Source: Candidatus Latescibacterota bacterium (GTDB taxonomy: Bacteria; Latescibacterota; UBA2968; UBA8231). From it: a stretch of DNA of 64,000 bases. Of the stretch, positions 18,173 to 29,332 are shown piece by piece. The position numbers were made by a program, and so were the translations under genes. The stretch covers positions 672,001 to 736,000 of the forward strand of contig OZ241867.1 of assembly GCA_965203175.1 (NCBI GenBank), in the 5' to 3' direction. Each line of letters begins with the position of its first letter. Position 1 is the stretch's first letter. A model generated the notes under the pieces. The model made no database searches. It saw nothing but the letters and a program-made list of their open reading frames with translations, and was not told where the DNA came from.

Positions 18173-19042
18173 TCAGCCCTGCCACTCCAAATTGATGCTC
18201 GTGTACCCGTCTGTATAGCGGCGCAAACGATCGGGTAGGTTGGCCAAAAACCACTGGCCTTCCTCAGGAATTTCCCAAGGGATGTCGATGCGGTGACTGC
18301 GGGCGCGGAAGCCGATGCCGCAGGAGAGGCGCGTCTCTTCAATCCGATTGGGGAACGCGCCGTGATACGTGCGATGGGCGAAGACGATCATGTCGCCGCC
18401 ATTGGTGAAAAGGGGAACGAGGCCGGGGATATCGAAGCCGTTGTACGCGCGTTCCTCCGTGCCCTCCGGGTAGAAGGAGCTCCGGTTGGCCGTCATACAG
18501 AATCCCTCCGGCCCCTCCCAGTCCTCGACGTGAGAATCCTCAATGACGCACAAACCGCCGTGCTCGGGCCGCGAACCGGTCAGGTAGAACCACTTGCCCG
18601 ACGGCCACAGCCCGCGATTGAGAACGTCGCCCGAATGCTTGATCTCGGTCGAATAGCCGCACCAATCGGTATGCCAAGCTACAGGGGCGGAACCGGTCCG
18701 GCGGATGATGGCGGCCGAGCGGTGGAGCGTCAGTTCATCCGTGCCGATCAGGTGCCGGTGAATGTCCATAAAAGGCTCGTAGTCGAGCACCTCCCAGGCG
18801 CCGGGGCCGGACTCGACCCAAGCGTGCCGCGTGCGGCTCTCGCCCGGCTGCAACGTGCGCTCTGGGTCCGCACCGTCCCACACCGCCTGCTTGAGCTTGG
18901 CGACGATCTCCGGCGGCAGCACGTCTTTGATTATCGCGAAGCCGTGCGCCGCCAAGCACTCGTCCATCGCGTCGAGCTCGTCGGTGGCGAACTCATAGCG
19001 GTAGCCCAAATCCGGCTTCTGAATGTGCGAATAGTCTTCCAT
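18173..19042 (-). CDS. PhyH-family Fe(II)/2OG oxygenase (289 aa)
   Basis: RBS AAGGAGG before ATG 19042; HGFAIIKDVL, WHTD, EDSH, GDMIVFAHRTYHG, RLS. Confidence 0.85.
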   Translation of the reverse strand: MEDYSHIQKPDLGYRYEFATDELDAMDECLAAHGFAIIKDVLPPEIVAKLKQAVWDGADPERTLQPGESRTRHAWVESGPGAWEVLDYEPFMDIHRHLIGTDELTLHRSAAIIRRTGSAPVAWHTDWCGYSTEIKHSGDVLNRGLWPSGKWFYLTGSRPEHGGLCVIEDSHVEDWEGPEGFCMTANRSSFYPEGTEERAYNGFDIPGLVPLFTNGGDMIVFAHRTYHGAFPNRIEETRLSCGIGFRARSHRIDIPWEIPEEGQWFLANLPDRLRRYTDGYTSINLEWQG

Positions 19043-19057
19043 GATTTTCCTCCTTGC

Positions 19058-19087
19058 GTAGGGGACGGTTTGCAAACCGTCCCCTAC
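19058..19087. repeat. Perfect 30-bp palindrome, GTAG-type REP-like element
   Basis: GTAGGGGACGGTTTG|CAAACCGTCCCCTAC is its own reverse complement. Confidence 0.85.
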
Positions 19088-20610
19088 AGGGCACCGTCTG
19101 CCAGCGCCAGCTCGTAGCAGGCGGCCTCGCTGTCCGTGCGCACCAACAGATAGGGTGTGGCAAGGGCCGGGGGATTCCAAGTTTTGCCAGCAAAGGCCGT
19201 CATGCGCGCTAGTTCGACGTGGCGGTCGGGGCGGGCCTCGACCAGTACCACGTCGCCCGATTCGCTCATTATCAGCAGGATATCGTCTATCAGGATGAGC
19301 TGGCCGTGGCCGTAGCGCCCGCGTTTCCAGCGGCGCTTGCCGTCTTGCGGGTCGAGGCAGACCAGCACCCCATCGTCGAGCCCATAGACAAAACCATCGC
19401 GATAGACCATGTTGGCAAATTTGGCCTTGAGCCGGGGGCTTTTCCAGACGATATCGCTCGTCAAGCCGCCGTCGGGTGCGGCGTTCACTTGATACAGCTT
19501 GGCGCCAATGCCGTAGCCAGTGGAGACCAAAACCCGGTCTCCGGGCAAGGGCAGGGGGTTGGCAACGCATTCGGCCTGATCCCAGGGCTGGCGCCAGAGG
19601 GGAGCTCCGCTCTGCGGATCGTGCGCGACGACGCTGTAGCTGTTGAAAATCAGGACCTGCTCGCGTCCAGCCAAGGTGACCAGACGCGGCGAGCTGAAGC
19701 CGGCCTTGTCCGTGCCCCCGCCCCAGACAAACGCGCCGGTTTGGCGGTGATAGGCCACTAGCGAGCGCTCATCCGGGCCTCCGGCACTGACCACGACCAA
19801 GCTGTCGAGGACCAACGGCGAACAGCTAATGCCCCACATATGGGCCTTCGCCTGGTTGCTGGTGATAATGTCCCGCGACCAAACCAACTTCCCACTGTCC
19901 AACTCCAAGCAGTTGAGGATACCAGTAGCGCCCAGCGTGAAAACCCAGTCTCCAGCAATGGTGGGCGTAGCGCGCGGGCCGATGCCGGCTATGGCGGTCT
20001 CGTAGCGGGTCGAATCGGCGTGTTGCCAGAGCTTGCGGCCCGTTGCCAAGTCGTAGCAGACGACCTGTTCCTCGGGACCGTGTTGCTCCTGAGTTACGGC
20101 CCGGCCACCCACAATGGCAAAGGAGGACCAAGCGGCACCGACGGGGCGACGCCAGACTTCGCGCGGCGGGTGCTTGGTCCAGTCGCGCTCAAGGTGGATG
20201 CCGCGCAGGCGGTTGTTGCGCTCGGGGCCGAGAAATTGCGGCCAATCGCGGGCGTCGAGCGCGGTCGCGTCACCTCCTTCGACCGCGGTGGCTTCGTCCT
20301 CAGTACTCCAACGCCATTCGAGGACCGGTACGAAGTCGCCACTCATACCCTTAATGCGAAAAAGTCCAACACCAAGCGCAATGGCGAGGACGGCACCGCC
20401 AAAATAGCGCAGGCGCCGTCCCCAAGCTAGCCGCGACGCAAAGAGCAACCAGAGCAACGCGAAGAAAATGGCAAGCATGAAGGTGGCCATGGTACTCATC
20501 ATCTGTCGCTGTCGATGAGGGGCTTCGGGCAACCAGATCCACAGAAGCGCCAAGACGACAACGCCTCCGAGCAGATAGAGGGGCCATAAGCGAGGGCTGG
20601 TCGAGGACAT
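19084..20610 (-). CDS. Membrane-anchored PQQ-like (BamB-type) beta-propeller protein (508 aa)
   Basis: Three N-terminal transmembrane segments, then DWPQFLGPERN, GPRATP, SCSPLV, GFSSP and KTWNPPAL. Confidence 0.85.
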   Translation of the reverse strand: MSSTSPRLWPLYLLGGVVVLALLWIWLPEAPHRQRQMMSTMATFMLAIFFALLWLLFASRLAWGRRLRYFGGAVLAIALGVGLFRIKGMSGDFVPVLEWRWSTEDEATAVEGGDATALDARDWPQFLGPERNNRLRGIHLERDWTKHPPREVWRRPVGAAWSSFAIVGGRAVTQEQHGPEEQVVCYDLATGRKLWQHADSTRYETAIAGIGPRATPTIAGDWVFTLGATGILNCLELDSGKLVWSRDIITSNQAKAHMWGISCSPLVLDSLVVVSAGGPDERSLVAYHRQTGAFVWGGGTDKAGFSSPRLVTLAGREQVLIFNSYSVVAHDPQSGAPLWRQPWDQAECVANPLPLPGDRVLVSTGYGIGAKLYQVNAAPDGGLTSDIVWKSPRLKAKFANMVYRDGFVYGLDDGVLVCLDPQDGKRRWKRGRYGHGQLILIDDILLIMSESGDVVLVEARPDRHVELARMTAFAGKTWNPPALATPYLLVRTDSEAACYELALADGAL

Positions 20611-20615
20611 AGGCA

Positions 20616-21689
20616 CTATACGCCTCCAGTGACGATCTCCAAGCGGACCCAATCGCCGCTGGCGACCGAGCGGGCAATGGCGGCCATGGCCCGCATCGTT
20701 TGAGTTCCATCCTCCACATCGGCCCCCGTCTGGGGCGCGCCGTGGAGAACGACGTCGGCAAAACCTTCGAGTTGTAGCCGGTAGAAATGCGCGTCGGCCC
20801 CTAGCGGCCGGCGATATTGGCCGTCGCGCGTGGAGAAGCACTCGACATCGCTGGATTTCAAAAACCACGGCAGGTAGGTTTTGCCGACGACGCTGCCGTG
20901 TTCTCCGTAGATGTGAAAGCCCTCGTGGTAGTCCATGCGCACGGCGACCGTCAGATCGAGATGTCCCTGACCGCCGTTGGCGAACTCCACTTCGACGAAC
21001 CAAGAATACGCCCCGAACATCTCCTTGCACCGCCCGCGCACGGCCGCGAGCGGGCCACCCAAAAAGCGGGCTAGGTCGATGAGATGCGAGCCGTGGGTCA
21101 GCATGAAGTAGCGCTGCTTGTCGCCCTTGGGATCGCCCACTGGTTTGCGCGCTGCTTTGCTGTGCAGCGGCAGAGGCTGGAGGTTATCAGTCATAGTATA
21201 GCGATAGGTCGAATCGCAATACCAAGCCTTCAGGGCCAACAGCGACCCCATTTCCTCTCGGATGAACTGCCGGGCAAAAGCAATGCCGGGGTCAAAGCGC
21301 TTCATGTGGCCGACCTGGAGCGTATAGCCCGAGTCGGTCACGGCCCGGCGCAAATCCTCGCACTCCTCCACGCTCGTCCCCAACGGCTTTTCCACAAAGA
21401 CGTGTTTGCCGGCCGCCAGCGCCTGCAAGCTGAGCGGGACGTGGAACTGATCAGCCGTGGCGATGATGACCGCTTCCACCTGCGGGTCCGCGAGCATGTC
21501 GGCAAAATCGGCGTAGGTCTTCTCCGGCTGGTGAACGGCGGCCATGCGCTCGACTAAGTCCGGCGCTTGGTCGCAGAGCGCATAAAGGCGCGTATTGCGG
21601 GCCTTTATGCACGACTCAAAGTGGGCGAATTGAGCGATGGGGCCGCAGCCCAACACGCCGATGGACAGGACCTGACTATCCTTGTTCAC
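20616..21689 (-). CDS. Gfo/Idh/MocA family oxidoreductase
   Basis: GVLGCGPIA, GKHVFVEKP, GHMKRFDP, HGSHLID. Confidence 0.9.
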   Translation of the reverse strand: MNKDSQVLSIGVLGCGPIAQFAHFESCIKARNTRLYALCDQAPDLVERMAAVHQPEKTYADFADMLADPQVEAVIIATADQFHVPLSLQALAAGKHVFVEKPLGTSVEECEDLRRAVTDSGYTLQVGHMKRFDPGIAFARQFIREEMGSLLALKAWYCDSTYRYTMTDNLQPLPLHSKAARKPVGDPKGDKQRYFMLTHGSHLIDLARFLGGPLAAVRGRCKEMFGAYSWFVEVEFANGGQGHLDLTVAVRMDYHEGFHIYGEHGSVVGKTYLPWFLKSSDVECFSTRDGQYRRPLGADAHFYRLQLEGFADVVLHGAPQTGADVEDGTQTMRAMAAIARSVASGDWVRLEIVTGGV

Positions 21690-22062
21690 GCGCTGGGCAA
21701 AATGGCGTACGCTTCGATCTCGACGACCAGATGCGGCTTGAGCAGCGCGGCTATGACGACCAAGGTCGAGGCCGGCAAAATCTCGCCAAACACCTCGTGG
21801 TGAGCGCGGGTGACGCCAGCGGCATGGTCCACATCCGTGATGTACACGACCGTCCGCACCACGTCTTCGAGGCTAGCACCGGTCTCGTCGAGGGCCTTGG
21901 CGATAATCCCCAATGCACCTTTGGCCTGCTCGTAGGCATCGCCCTGGTCATGCGGCGGCTGAGCGCAAGTGCCAGCGACGTGAACGTGACGGTCCACGCG
22001 CACGGCGCGCGAATAGCCAAACTCCGCGCCAAACGCACTGCCGGTCGCTATGTTTTTGCGTT

Positions 22063-22066
<4 letters not shown>
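21686..22066 (-). CDS. RidA/YjgF family protein
   Basis: GYSRAVRV, DVVRTVVYITD, PASTLV and VEIEA motifs. Confidence 0.9.
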
Positions 22067-24000
<1,934 letters not shown>

Positions 24001-24095
24001 GAGCAATAATTACGGAAAATTAGCGATTATGGGCTACTCCGCTGCCCGCTAATTTGCCATCTTCTCAGCCTACCTTTCTCCACAGGAGCCCCCCC

Positions 24096-24884
24096 ATGAA
24101 CGCAGACGACAAATACCTCTTTGACCTGACGGGCTATTTGGTCCTCAAAGACGTGCTGACCGCCGAGGAAGTAGCCCAGCTCAACGCCGGCATCGACCGC
24201 CACCGCAACCTTATGAGCGAGATCGACCGCCCGCTGTCCGGCGACTCAAAGACGATGCAAGGCACCTCGCGACGCAAGGACTTAGGCGGCATGTTGGCTT
24301 GGGATCGACCCTGGTGCGAGCCGTTTCGCGAGTTGCTGATACACCCTCGTATCAAGCCCTATCTCGAAGAAATCTTGGGCCGGGGGTATCGCCTCGATCA
24401 CGGGCCGGGGCTGATCGCCATGGACACAGGCTGCGAGGGCGGGCTTTTGCACGGCGGTGGGGTGGAGCGCGGGGACATCTCCGAAGTGTACTTCTTTAAG
24501 AACGACCGCATCTTCACCGGGCTGACCGTGGTCGAGTATCTGCTAGCCGACGAGGGGCCGGGCGACGGGGGCGTGGCGGTGGTACCGGGTAGCCACAAGG
24601 CCAACTTAGCCTGTCCGCGGAGCATGATTAAGTGGGAAAAGCACCAAGAGCACGTGCTCGAAGTAAACGGCAAGGCCGGCGACGCTGTGATCTTCACCGA
24701 GACCTTGACGCACGGCACGCTGCCGTGGACGGCCGCACACGAGCGGCGGGCACTGCTGTACAAGTTCAGCCCAGGCACCCTATCCTATGGCTCGGGCGCG
24801 CACCAGACGGCGTATTCCGAGTACATCGAGGACATGACTGAGGAAGAGCGGGCCGTGATGGAAGCGCCGCACATTAGGCGGTAA
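24096..24884 (+). CDS. PhyH-family Fe(II)/2OG oxygenase, non-canonical HGG site (262 aa)
   Basis: RBS AGGAG; YLFDLTGY, LLHGGG, VPGSHK, KAGDAVIFTETLTHGTLPW. Confidence 0.85.
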   Translation: MNADDKYLFDLTGYLVLKDVLTAEEVAQLNAGIDRHRNLMSEIDRPLSGDSKTMQGTSRRKDLGGMLAWDRPWCEPFRELLIHPRIKPYLEEILGRGYRLDHGPGLIAMDTGCEGGLLHGGGVERGDISEVYFFKNDRIFTGLTVVEYLLADEGPGDGGVAVVPGSHKANLACPRSMIKWEKHQEHVLEVNGKAGDAVIFTETLTHGTLPWTAAHERRALLYKFSPGTLSYGSGAHQTAYSEYIEDMTEEERAVMEAPHIRR

Positions 24885-24949
24885 AAATAGTCCGAGTGAG
24901 CTACGTGAAAGGGTAAGTACTTAAATTCTTTTTTCGCTCTTCGCCTCGC

Positions 24950-26134
24950 TCAGACCAAGGCCATGAGAAATTTGCTGGCTGGTACCACCCGGACGCCGGT
25001 GGTGCGATCCAAGTAATCGTGCTGGTCGGATGCCGTCACACAATAGCGCTGTTCGATCCCCAGCTTGTCGGCGAAATAGCGGAGAGGCCCCAAGCCTTTG
25101 GGTGCCCCGACTTTGCACTCCACCAAGAACCAAGGCTCACCTTCCCATACCACCAAGAAATCAACTTCGCGCTTCTCCAGATCGCGCAGATAGTACAACG
25201 CGGCGTCAATGCCGTGGCTATCCTCGTAGTAATGGCAGAATTTCAACAGATGGGCCGCAACCATATTCTCAAAGCGGGGTCCTTCCTCCTCCGCTTCGGA
25301 CCAGTCCCACAGGTAGTACTTGCCCTCCTTTTTGAGGGCCCGTTCTAGACGCCGGTGATAGGGGGGCACGCGAAACAGATAGTAGTTGCGGGCCAGCAAC
25401 TCGATCCAATTCTTGACGGTTTTGGGGCTAGCTTCGACATCTTCAGCTATATTGCTGATCGACAGAGGCGAGCCGACTCGTCCGGGAATCAGGCTGCCTA
25501 GCAGTTCGACTTGGGCCAAGGCGCGCACAGTCTCGGTCTCGCGGATATCCTCCCGGAATACCCGCTCAAAGCGCTCTTTCTGCCAGCGTTTAAGGGTGCG
25601 CTGACGAGCGGCAATACAGGGTTCGGGAAAGCCACCGAAGGTGAGCAACGTGTCCAAATCGCCACCTGCTTGGTCAAAAATCAAGCTGGGCCGCTCGGTG
25701 GGAAAGGGCAACATGGCCGCGCTAGGGGCGTTCAATTCGCGCAGGGAGAAGGGATGGAGGCGGTAATAGCGGTAGCGCCCCAAGAGCGAATCGCCGCCCC
25801 GCCGGAAAATGTCGAGTCGGGAACTGCCCGTGACCATGATGCGCTGGTCAGATGGGCGGGTATCCCACAGCCCCTTGACCAGCCCTTTCCACCGGGGATA
25901 TTTGTGGATTTCGTCGAAAATGAGAAGCTCGGTCTCAGGGGGCCAATGCCCGTCGAGCAGGGCGCGGCGGTGAGCGCGGTTGTCCCAGTTCAGATAGGTC
26001 GTTGCCTTGAAATCCTTGCCGACCAACCGCGCCAGCGTGGTCTTGCCCACCTGTCTGGGGCCACCGACAAAGACCATGCGCTGGTCCAAGTCTTCTGCGA
26101 TATGGCTTTCGAGATAGCGGCGCTGGAAGGGCAT
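24950..26134 (-). CDS. AAA_14 ATPase with DUF4143 (PD-(D/E)xK-like) C-terminus
   Basis: GPRQVGKTT, IFDEIHK, VTGSS, SLLGR, GGFPE, FENMVA and REVDFLV..LVECK. Confidence 0.9.
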   Translation of the reverse strand: MPFQRRYLESHIAEDLDQRMVFVGGPRQVGKTTLARLVGKDFKATTYLNWDNRAHRRALLDGHWPPETELLIFDEIHKYPRWKGLVKGLWDTRPSDQRIMVTGSSRLDIFRRGGDSLLGRYRYYRLHPFSLRELNAPSAAMLPFPTERPSLIFDQAGGDLDTLLTFGGFPEPCIAARQRTLKRWQKERFERVFREDIRETETVRALAQVELLGSLIPGRVGSPLSISNIAEDVEASPKTVKNWIELLARNYYLFRVPPYHRRLERALKKEGKYYLWDWSEAEEEGPRFENMVAAHLLKFCHYYEDSHGIDAALYYLRDLEKREVDFLVVWEGEPWFLVECKVGAPKGLGPLRYFADKLGIEQRYCVTASDQHDYLDRTTGVRVVPASKFLMALV

Positions 26135-26171
26135 GGGCAATTCCCCGAAACGCGAGATACGTCACCATGAG

Positions 26172-26231
26172 AAAATGGACCCCAACTCCAAAATTATCAA
26201 TACAAAAATGGAGTTGACTCCCAAATTATCA
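26172..26231. promoter_or_regulatory. Operator-like direct plus inverted repeat in a divergent promoter region
   Basis: AAAATGGA..ACTCC.AAATTATCA occurs twice; CAACTCCA (26183-26190) and TGGAGTTG (26209-26216) are inverted. Confidence 0.5.
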
Positions 26232-26250
26232 CGCTAGAAAGGAGCATTCC

Positions 26251-27291
26251 ATGACAGAGCGAAGGGTGGATTTGCGCAGCGATACAGTGACCCGGCCGAC
26301 CGAGGCGATGCGGGCGGCCATGATGGCGGCACCCGTGGGCGACGACGCGTACGGCGAAGATCCCACGGTCAATCGGCTGGAAGAACTAGCGGCCGCCAAA
26401 GTGGGCATGGAGGCAGGGCTGTACGTGCCCTCTGGCTCCATGGGCAACCGCTGTGCCTTAGAGGCGCACACGCGGCCGGGCGACGAGGTATTGTACGGGG
26501 CCGGGGCACACGTCTTTGGCGGATACCGGGCCCAATCCGCGGCCGAAGCCTGTCTAGCCGCGCGCTCAGTACCGCTGGAATTCGGCGTCATGCAGCCCGA
26601 GCAAGTAGAAGAGATCGCGGACCAGGCCAACCCCAATCGCGCCCGTCCCTCGCTAGTGTGGATTGAGAATCCGCACAATTTGAGCGGCGGCTCGGCTTGG
26701 TTGCCCGCCCAAGTGGAAGCCGTGGCCTCGGCCGCCCACAAACACGAACTCAATTTGCACATTGACGGAGCGCGCATCTTCAACGCGGCCGTAGCCATGG
26801 GCGTGGATGTGCGCGCCTATACCGAACACGCCGATTCAGTGATGTTCTGCGCTTCCAAGGGGCTCAGCGCGCCCGTGGGCTCGCTGTTGTGCGGGCGGCG
26901 CGAGTTTATCGAGCGGGCCCGGCAGGTGCGTTCGCGCCTAGGCGGCGCCATGCGACAGGCCGGGATTGTCGCGGCCGGAGCCATCGTGGCCATAGAGACC
27001 ATGATCGAGCGCCTAGCCGAGGACCAGGCCCACGCCCAATTGCTGCACGAGGGTCTAGCCGACATTGACGGACTCGAATCCATCCAACCGCCGCACCCGA
27101 CCAATTTTGTGACCGTGGATTGCAGCCGTCTGGGCTGGAGCAGCCAGGGATTGGTCGACCGCTGGAAGGCTTGCGGCATCCTGAGCCACCCCCGCCCGCC
27201 ACACCGGGTGCGCCTAGTTTTTCACCGCCACATCAAGGCGGACGATGTCGAGTACGTCCTAGCCTGTACCCGGCGTCTAGTGGATCATTGA
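26251..27291 (+). CDS. ltaE: Low-specificity L-threonine aldolase
   Basis: [39 protein letters not shown] (PLP Lys), GGAMRQAG. Confidence 0.9.
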   Translation: MTERRVDLRSDTVTRPTEAMRAAMMAAPVGDDAYGEDPTVNRLEELAAAKVGMEAGLYVPSGSMGNRCALEAHTRPGDEVLYGAGAHVFGGYRAQSAAEACLAARSVPLEFGVMQPEQVEEIADQANPNRARPSLVWIENPHNLSGGSAWLPAQVEAVASAAHKHELNLHIDGARIFNAAVAMGVDVRAYTEHADSVMFCASKGLSAPVGSLLCGRREFIERARQVRSRLGGAMRQAGIVAAGAIVAIETMIERLAEDQAHAQLLHEGLADIDGLESIQPPHPTNFVTVDCSRLGWSSQGLVDRWKACGILSHPRPPHRVRLVFHRHIKADDVEYVLACTRRLVDH

Positions 27292-27295
27292 AAAA

Positions 27296-29143
27296 TTACT
27301 TAGCCTCGCGCAGCAGGAACACGCGGTCGCTGTTGAAGAAGTCGCCAACCCGCTTGTCGCGGTACGCACCACCAGCGATCAACAAACGGCCGTTGACAAC
27401 AGCAGCAGCAGCCCAGCTAACCGGCGAGGGCACGTCGGGACCGCGATGCCACTGGCCGGTAGCCGGTGTGTAGGCAAAGCTCGCCGTCTGGCCGCTTTTG
27501 GCCCCCCGTCCTCCCATGACCCAGACGCTGCCGTCGAAGGCCGTACTCAGCGGAGCACCAGGAGGTCGCGACGGGTGCTCAATCTCGCTCCAGCTATCCT
27601 GCTCGGGGTCATAGACGAACAGACCCGGGCATTGGGACGCGGGGCCCGCGGCAATGTAGATCTTGCCATCCAGAACGCAGCCGCTCGCCTGAAACACCGG
27701 GCCGGGCGCAGGAGCGTCAACTCGCCAACTCGTCTCCCCGGTTCCGATGCTCAGGACCTCTGCCGTCGGGCTTTCGTCGTCGGCACCGCCCACGGCGTAC
27801 AACCGGTCATTGACGGTCAAAGCCACCACTTGACCTGCTTTGCGCGGTAGCGGCGGGCCAAGGCGATAACTCCGCGTATGGGGATCGAAAATCTCGACAG
27901 TCTCCGTCGCCCGCGTCCCGCCACCAGCGCGGAAAAGGCCCCCCAAAAGCCATAACTCGTCGTCGAGAGCGGCGATGCCAGAATAAGCCTTGCCCGGCTC
28001 CAGCATGGGCGGCTCCACGCGCCAAGTGCCCGAGGGAATGTGGTAGGACCACACGTGATCGAGGTTTACCCACTCCGCCGCGGGCCAGCCGAAGAAGGTC
28101 TTGCCCCCAGCGGTGTACAGACGGTCGCCGATGTGGGCAAAGATGTGGTCGTGGTTGCCCGCTGGCATCCTCGGCTGCTCGTCCCAGTGCTCGTGCCAAG
28201 CTTGCTCGAGGTCGGTGAGACGCTCAACCTGTCCCGCCCTCAATACCCAAAGACTACCAGACCGGGCGTGCAGCAGCGCCTGCACCGGACCACCCCCATC
28301 CGTCTGAATCTCCCGCCAAGCCGGCGGACCGTCGGCATCCACAGTCAACTCGCGCAGGCTACCATCGGCAAAGCCGACTACGATCTGATCACCGCCGCGC
28401 GCAATCGCGGTAATGCGAGCATCGACGGGGTTGGCAAAGGAGCGATGAGGCCCGGACGAGCGGGGATCGGCGCGCAGGACGGAGGCCTCCAAGGCCACCC
28501 AGACAAAACCAGCGTCGTCGGTGACAGCACCCTGCCAGGAGCTAGCGAGTTGATTCGCAGGCAGGTCGAGGAGCTGCCAGCCGTGGGGACGTTGGTCCGT
28601 CAGGACGGCGACATCCCGCCGCTGGCCATCGTCAGCAATAGCCCACACATTGCCGAAGGGATCGTCGCACACTGGCGTGATCGCCCACCCGGGTGGAGAG
28701 AACGGCGCGGCCTCGAACATGGCGTCGCCCCGACGCACGGCACCGCACCCAGCACACCAGACATCGCCCCAGCGCGTCGCCAGCAATGGTCCCGGCGACC
28801 CTTGGACAAGGAAAGAAGGCGTCCGAGAAACCGGCTCGCCCCCTTGGCGCGGGAAGCGCAAGACCTCGTCGTCGCGGGCCATCCACACATCCCCATCGGG
28901 GGCAATCTGCAGGCCCTGGACGCGCCCCTCGGCAACGACCTCCCAAGTGTCGGTGTCATCAGAGGCGTTGCGAGCGATGATCCCTTCGGAGCCGAGGACA
29001 GCAACGTAGATTCGTCCGTCGCGATCTTCGAGGAGAAGGCCCGGCCCGGCAGGCAAGGTATCGGCCGCGGCAAGTCCAGCGGAAATGACCATGAGGAAAC
29101 CTATTCGATAGAGGAATCGGAGTGAGATGGAATCAAGTAGCAT
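27296..29143 (-). CDS. Secreted double beta-propeller protein with C-terminal Kelch repeats (start uncertain)
   Basis: N-terminal repeats APDGDVW, DPFGNVW, DDAGFVW; C-terminal Kelch units LYTAGG, LWLLGG, LYAVGG, VWVMGG, LLIAGG. Confidence 0.75.
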   Translation of the reverse strand: MLLDSISLRFLYRIGFLMVISAGLAAADTLPAGPGLLLEDRDGRIYVAVLGSEGIIARNASDDTDTWEVVAEGRVQGLQIAPDGDVWMARDDEVLRFPRQGGEPVSRTPSFLVQGSPGPLLATRWGDVWCAGCGAVRRGDAMFEAAPFSPPGWAITPVCDDPFGNVWAIADDGQRRDVAVLTDQRPHGWQLLDLPANQLASSWQGAVTDDAGFVWVALEASVLRADPRSSGPHRSFANPVDARITAIARGGDQIVVGFADGSLRELTVDADGPPAWREIQTDGGGPVQALLHARSGSLWVLRAGQVERLTDLEQAWHEHWDEQPRMPAGNHDHIFAHIGDRLYTAGGKTFFGWPAAEWVNLDHVWSYHIPSGTWRVEPPMLEPGKAYSGIAALDDELWLLGGLFRAGGGTRATETVEIFDPHTRSYRLGPPLPRKAGQVVALTVNDRLYAVGGADDESPTAEVLSIGTGETSWRVDAPAPGPVFQASGCVLDGKIYIAAGPASQCPGLFVYDPEQDSWSEIEHPSRPPGAPLSTAFDGSVWVMGGRGAKSGQTASFAYTPATGQWHRGPDVPSPVSWAAAAVVNGRLLIAGGAYRDKRVGDFFNSDRVFLLREAK

Positions 29144-29332
29144 CGTGTCCAGCTTTCTTTGTTTGCAGGGTACGTCCTCTGTCGTTTCAATACTTGAGAA
29201 GTTGCAATAATAGATACCTGCCCAGAGGCGGTCAATCTCGACGATAATTGCACAAGACGGGCTTTTTCGTTCTATTGACCCCGTAACGTTCGGCTCGACA
29301 ACTTCGCGCTGATACCACATGGCGAGGCCCCT

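Noticed and set aside
18173-21030. Long N-terminal extensions of track ORFs 18173..19570 and 19084..21030 (likewise 27296..29665, 40763..42052, 58757..61210, 63207..63908)
   Set aside because: The extensions overlap well-supported genes and read as Arg/Pro/Gly-rich off-frame sequence; internal ATGs with an RBS or stop-start overlap fit better.
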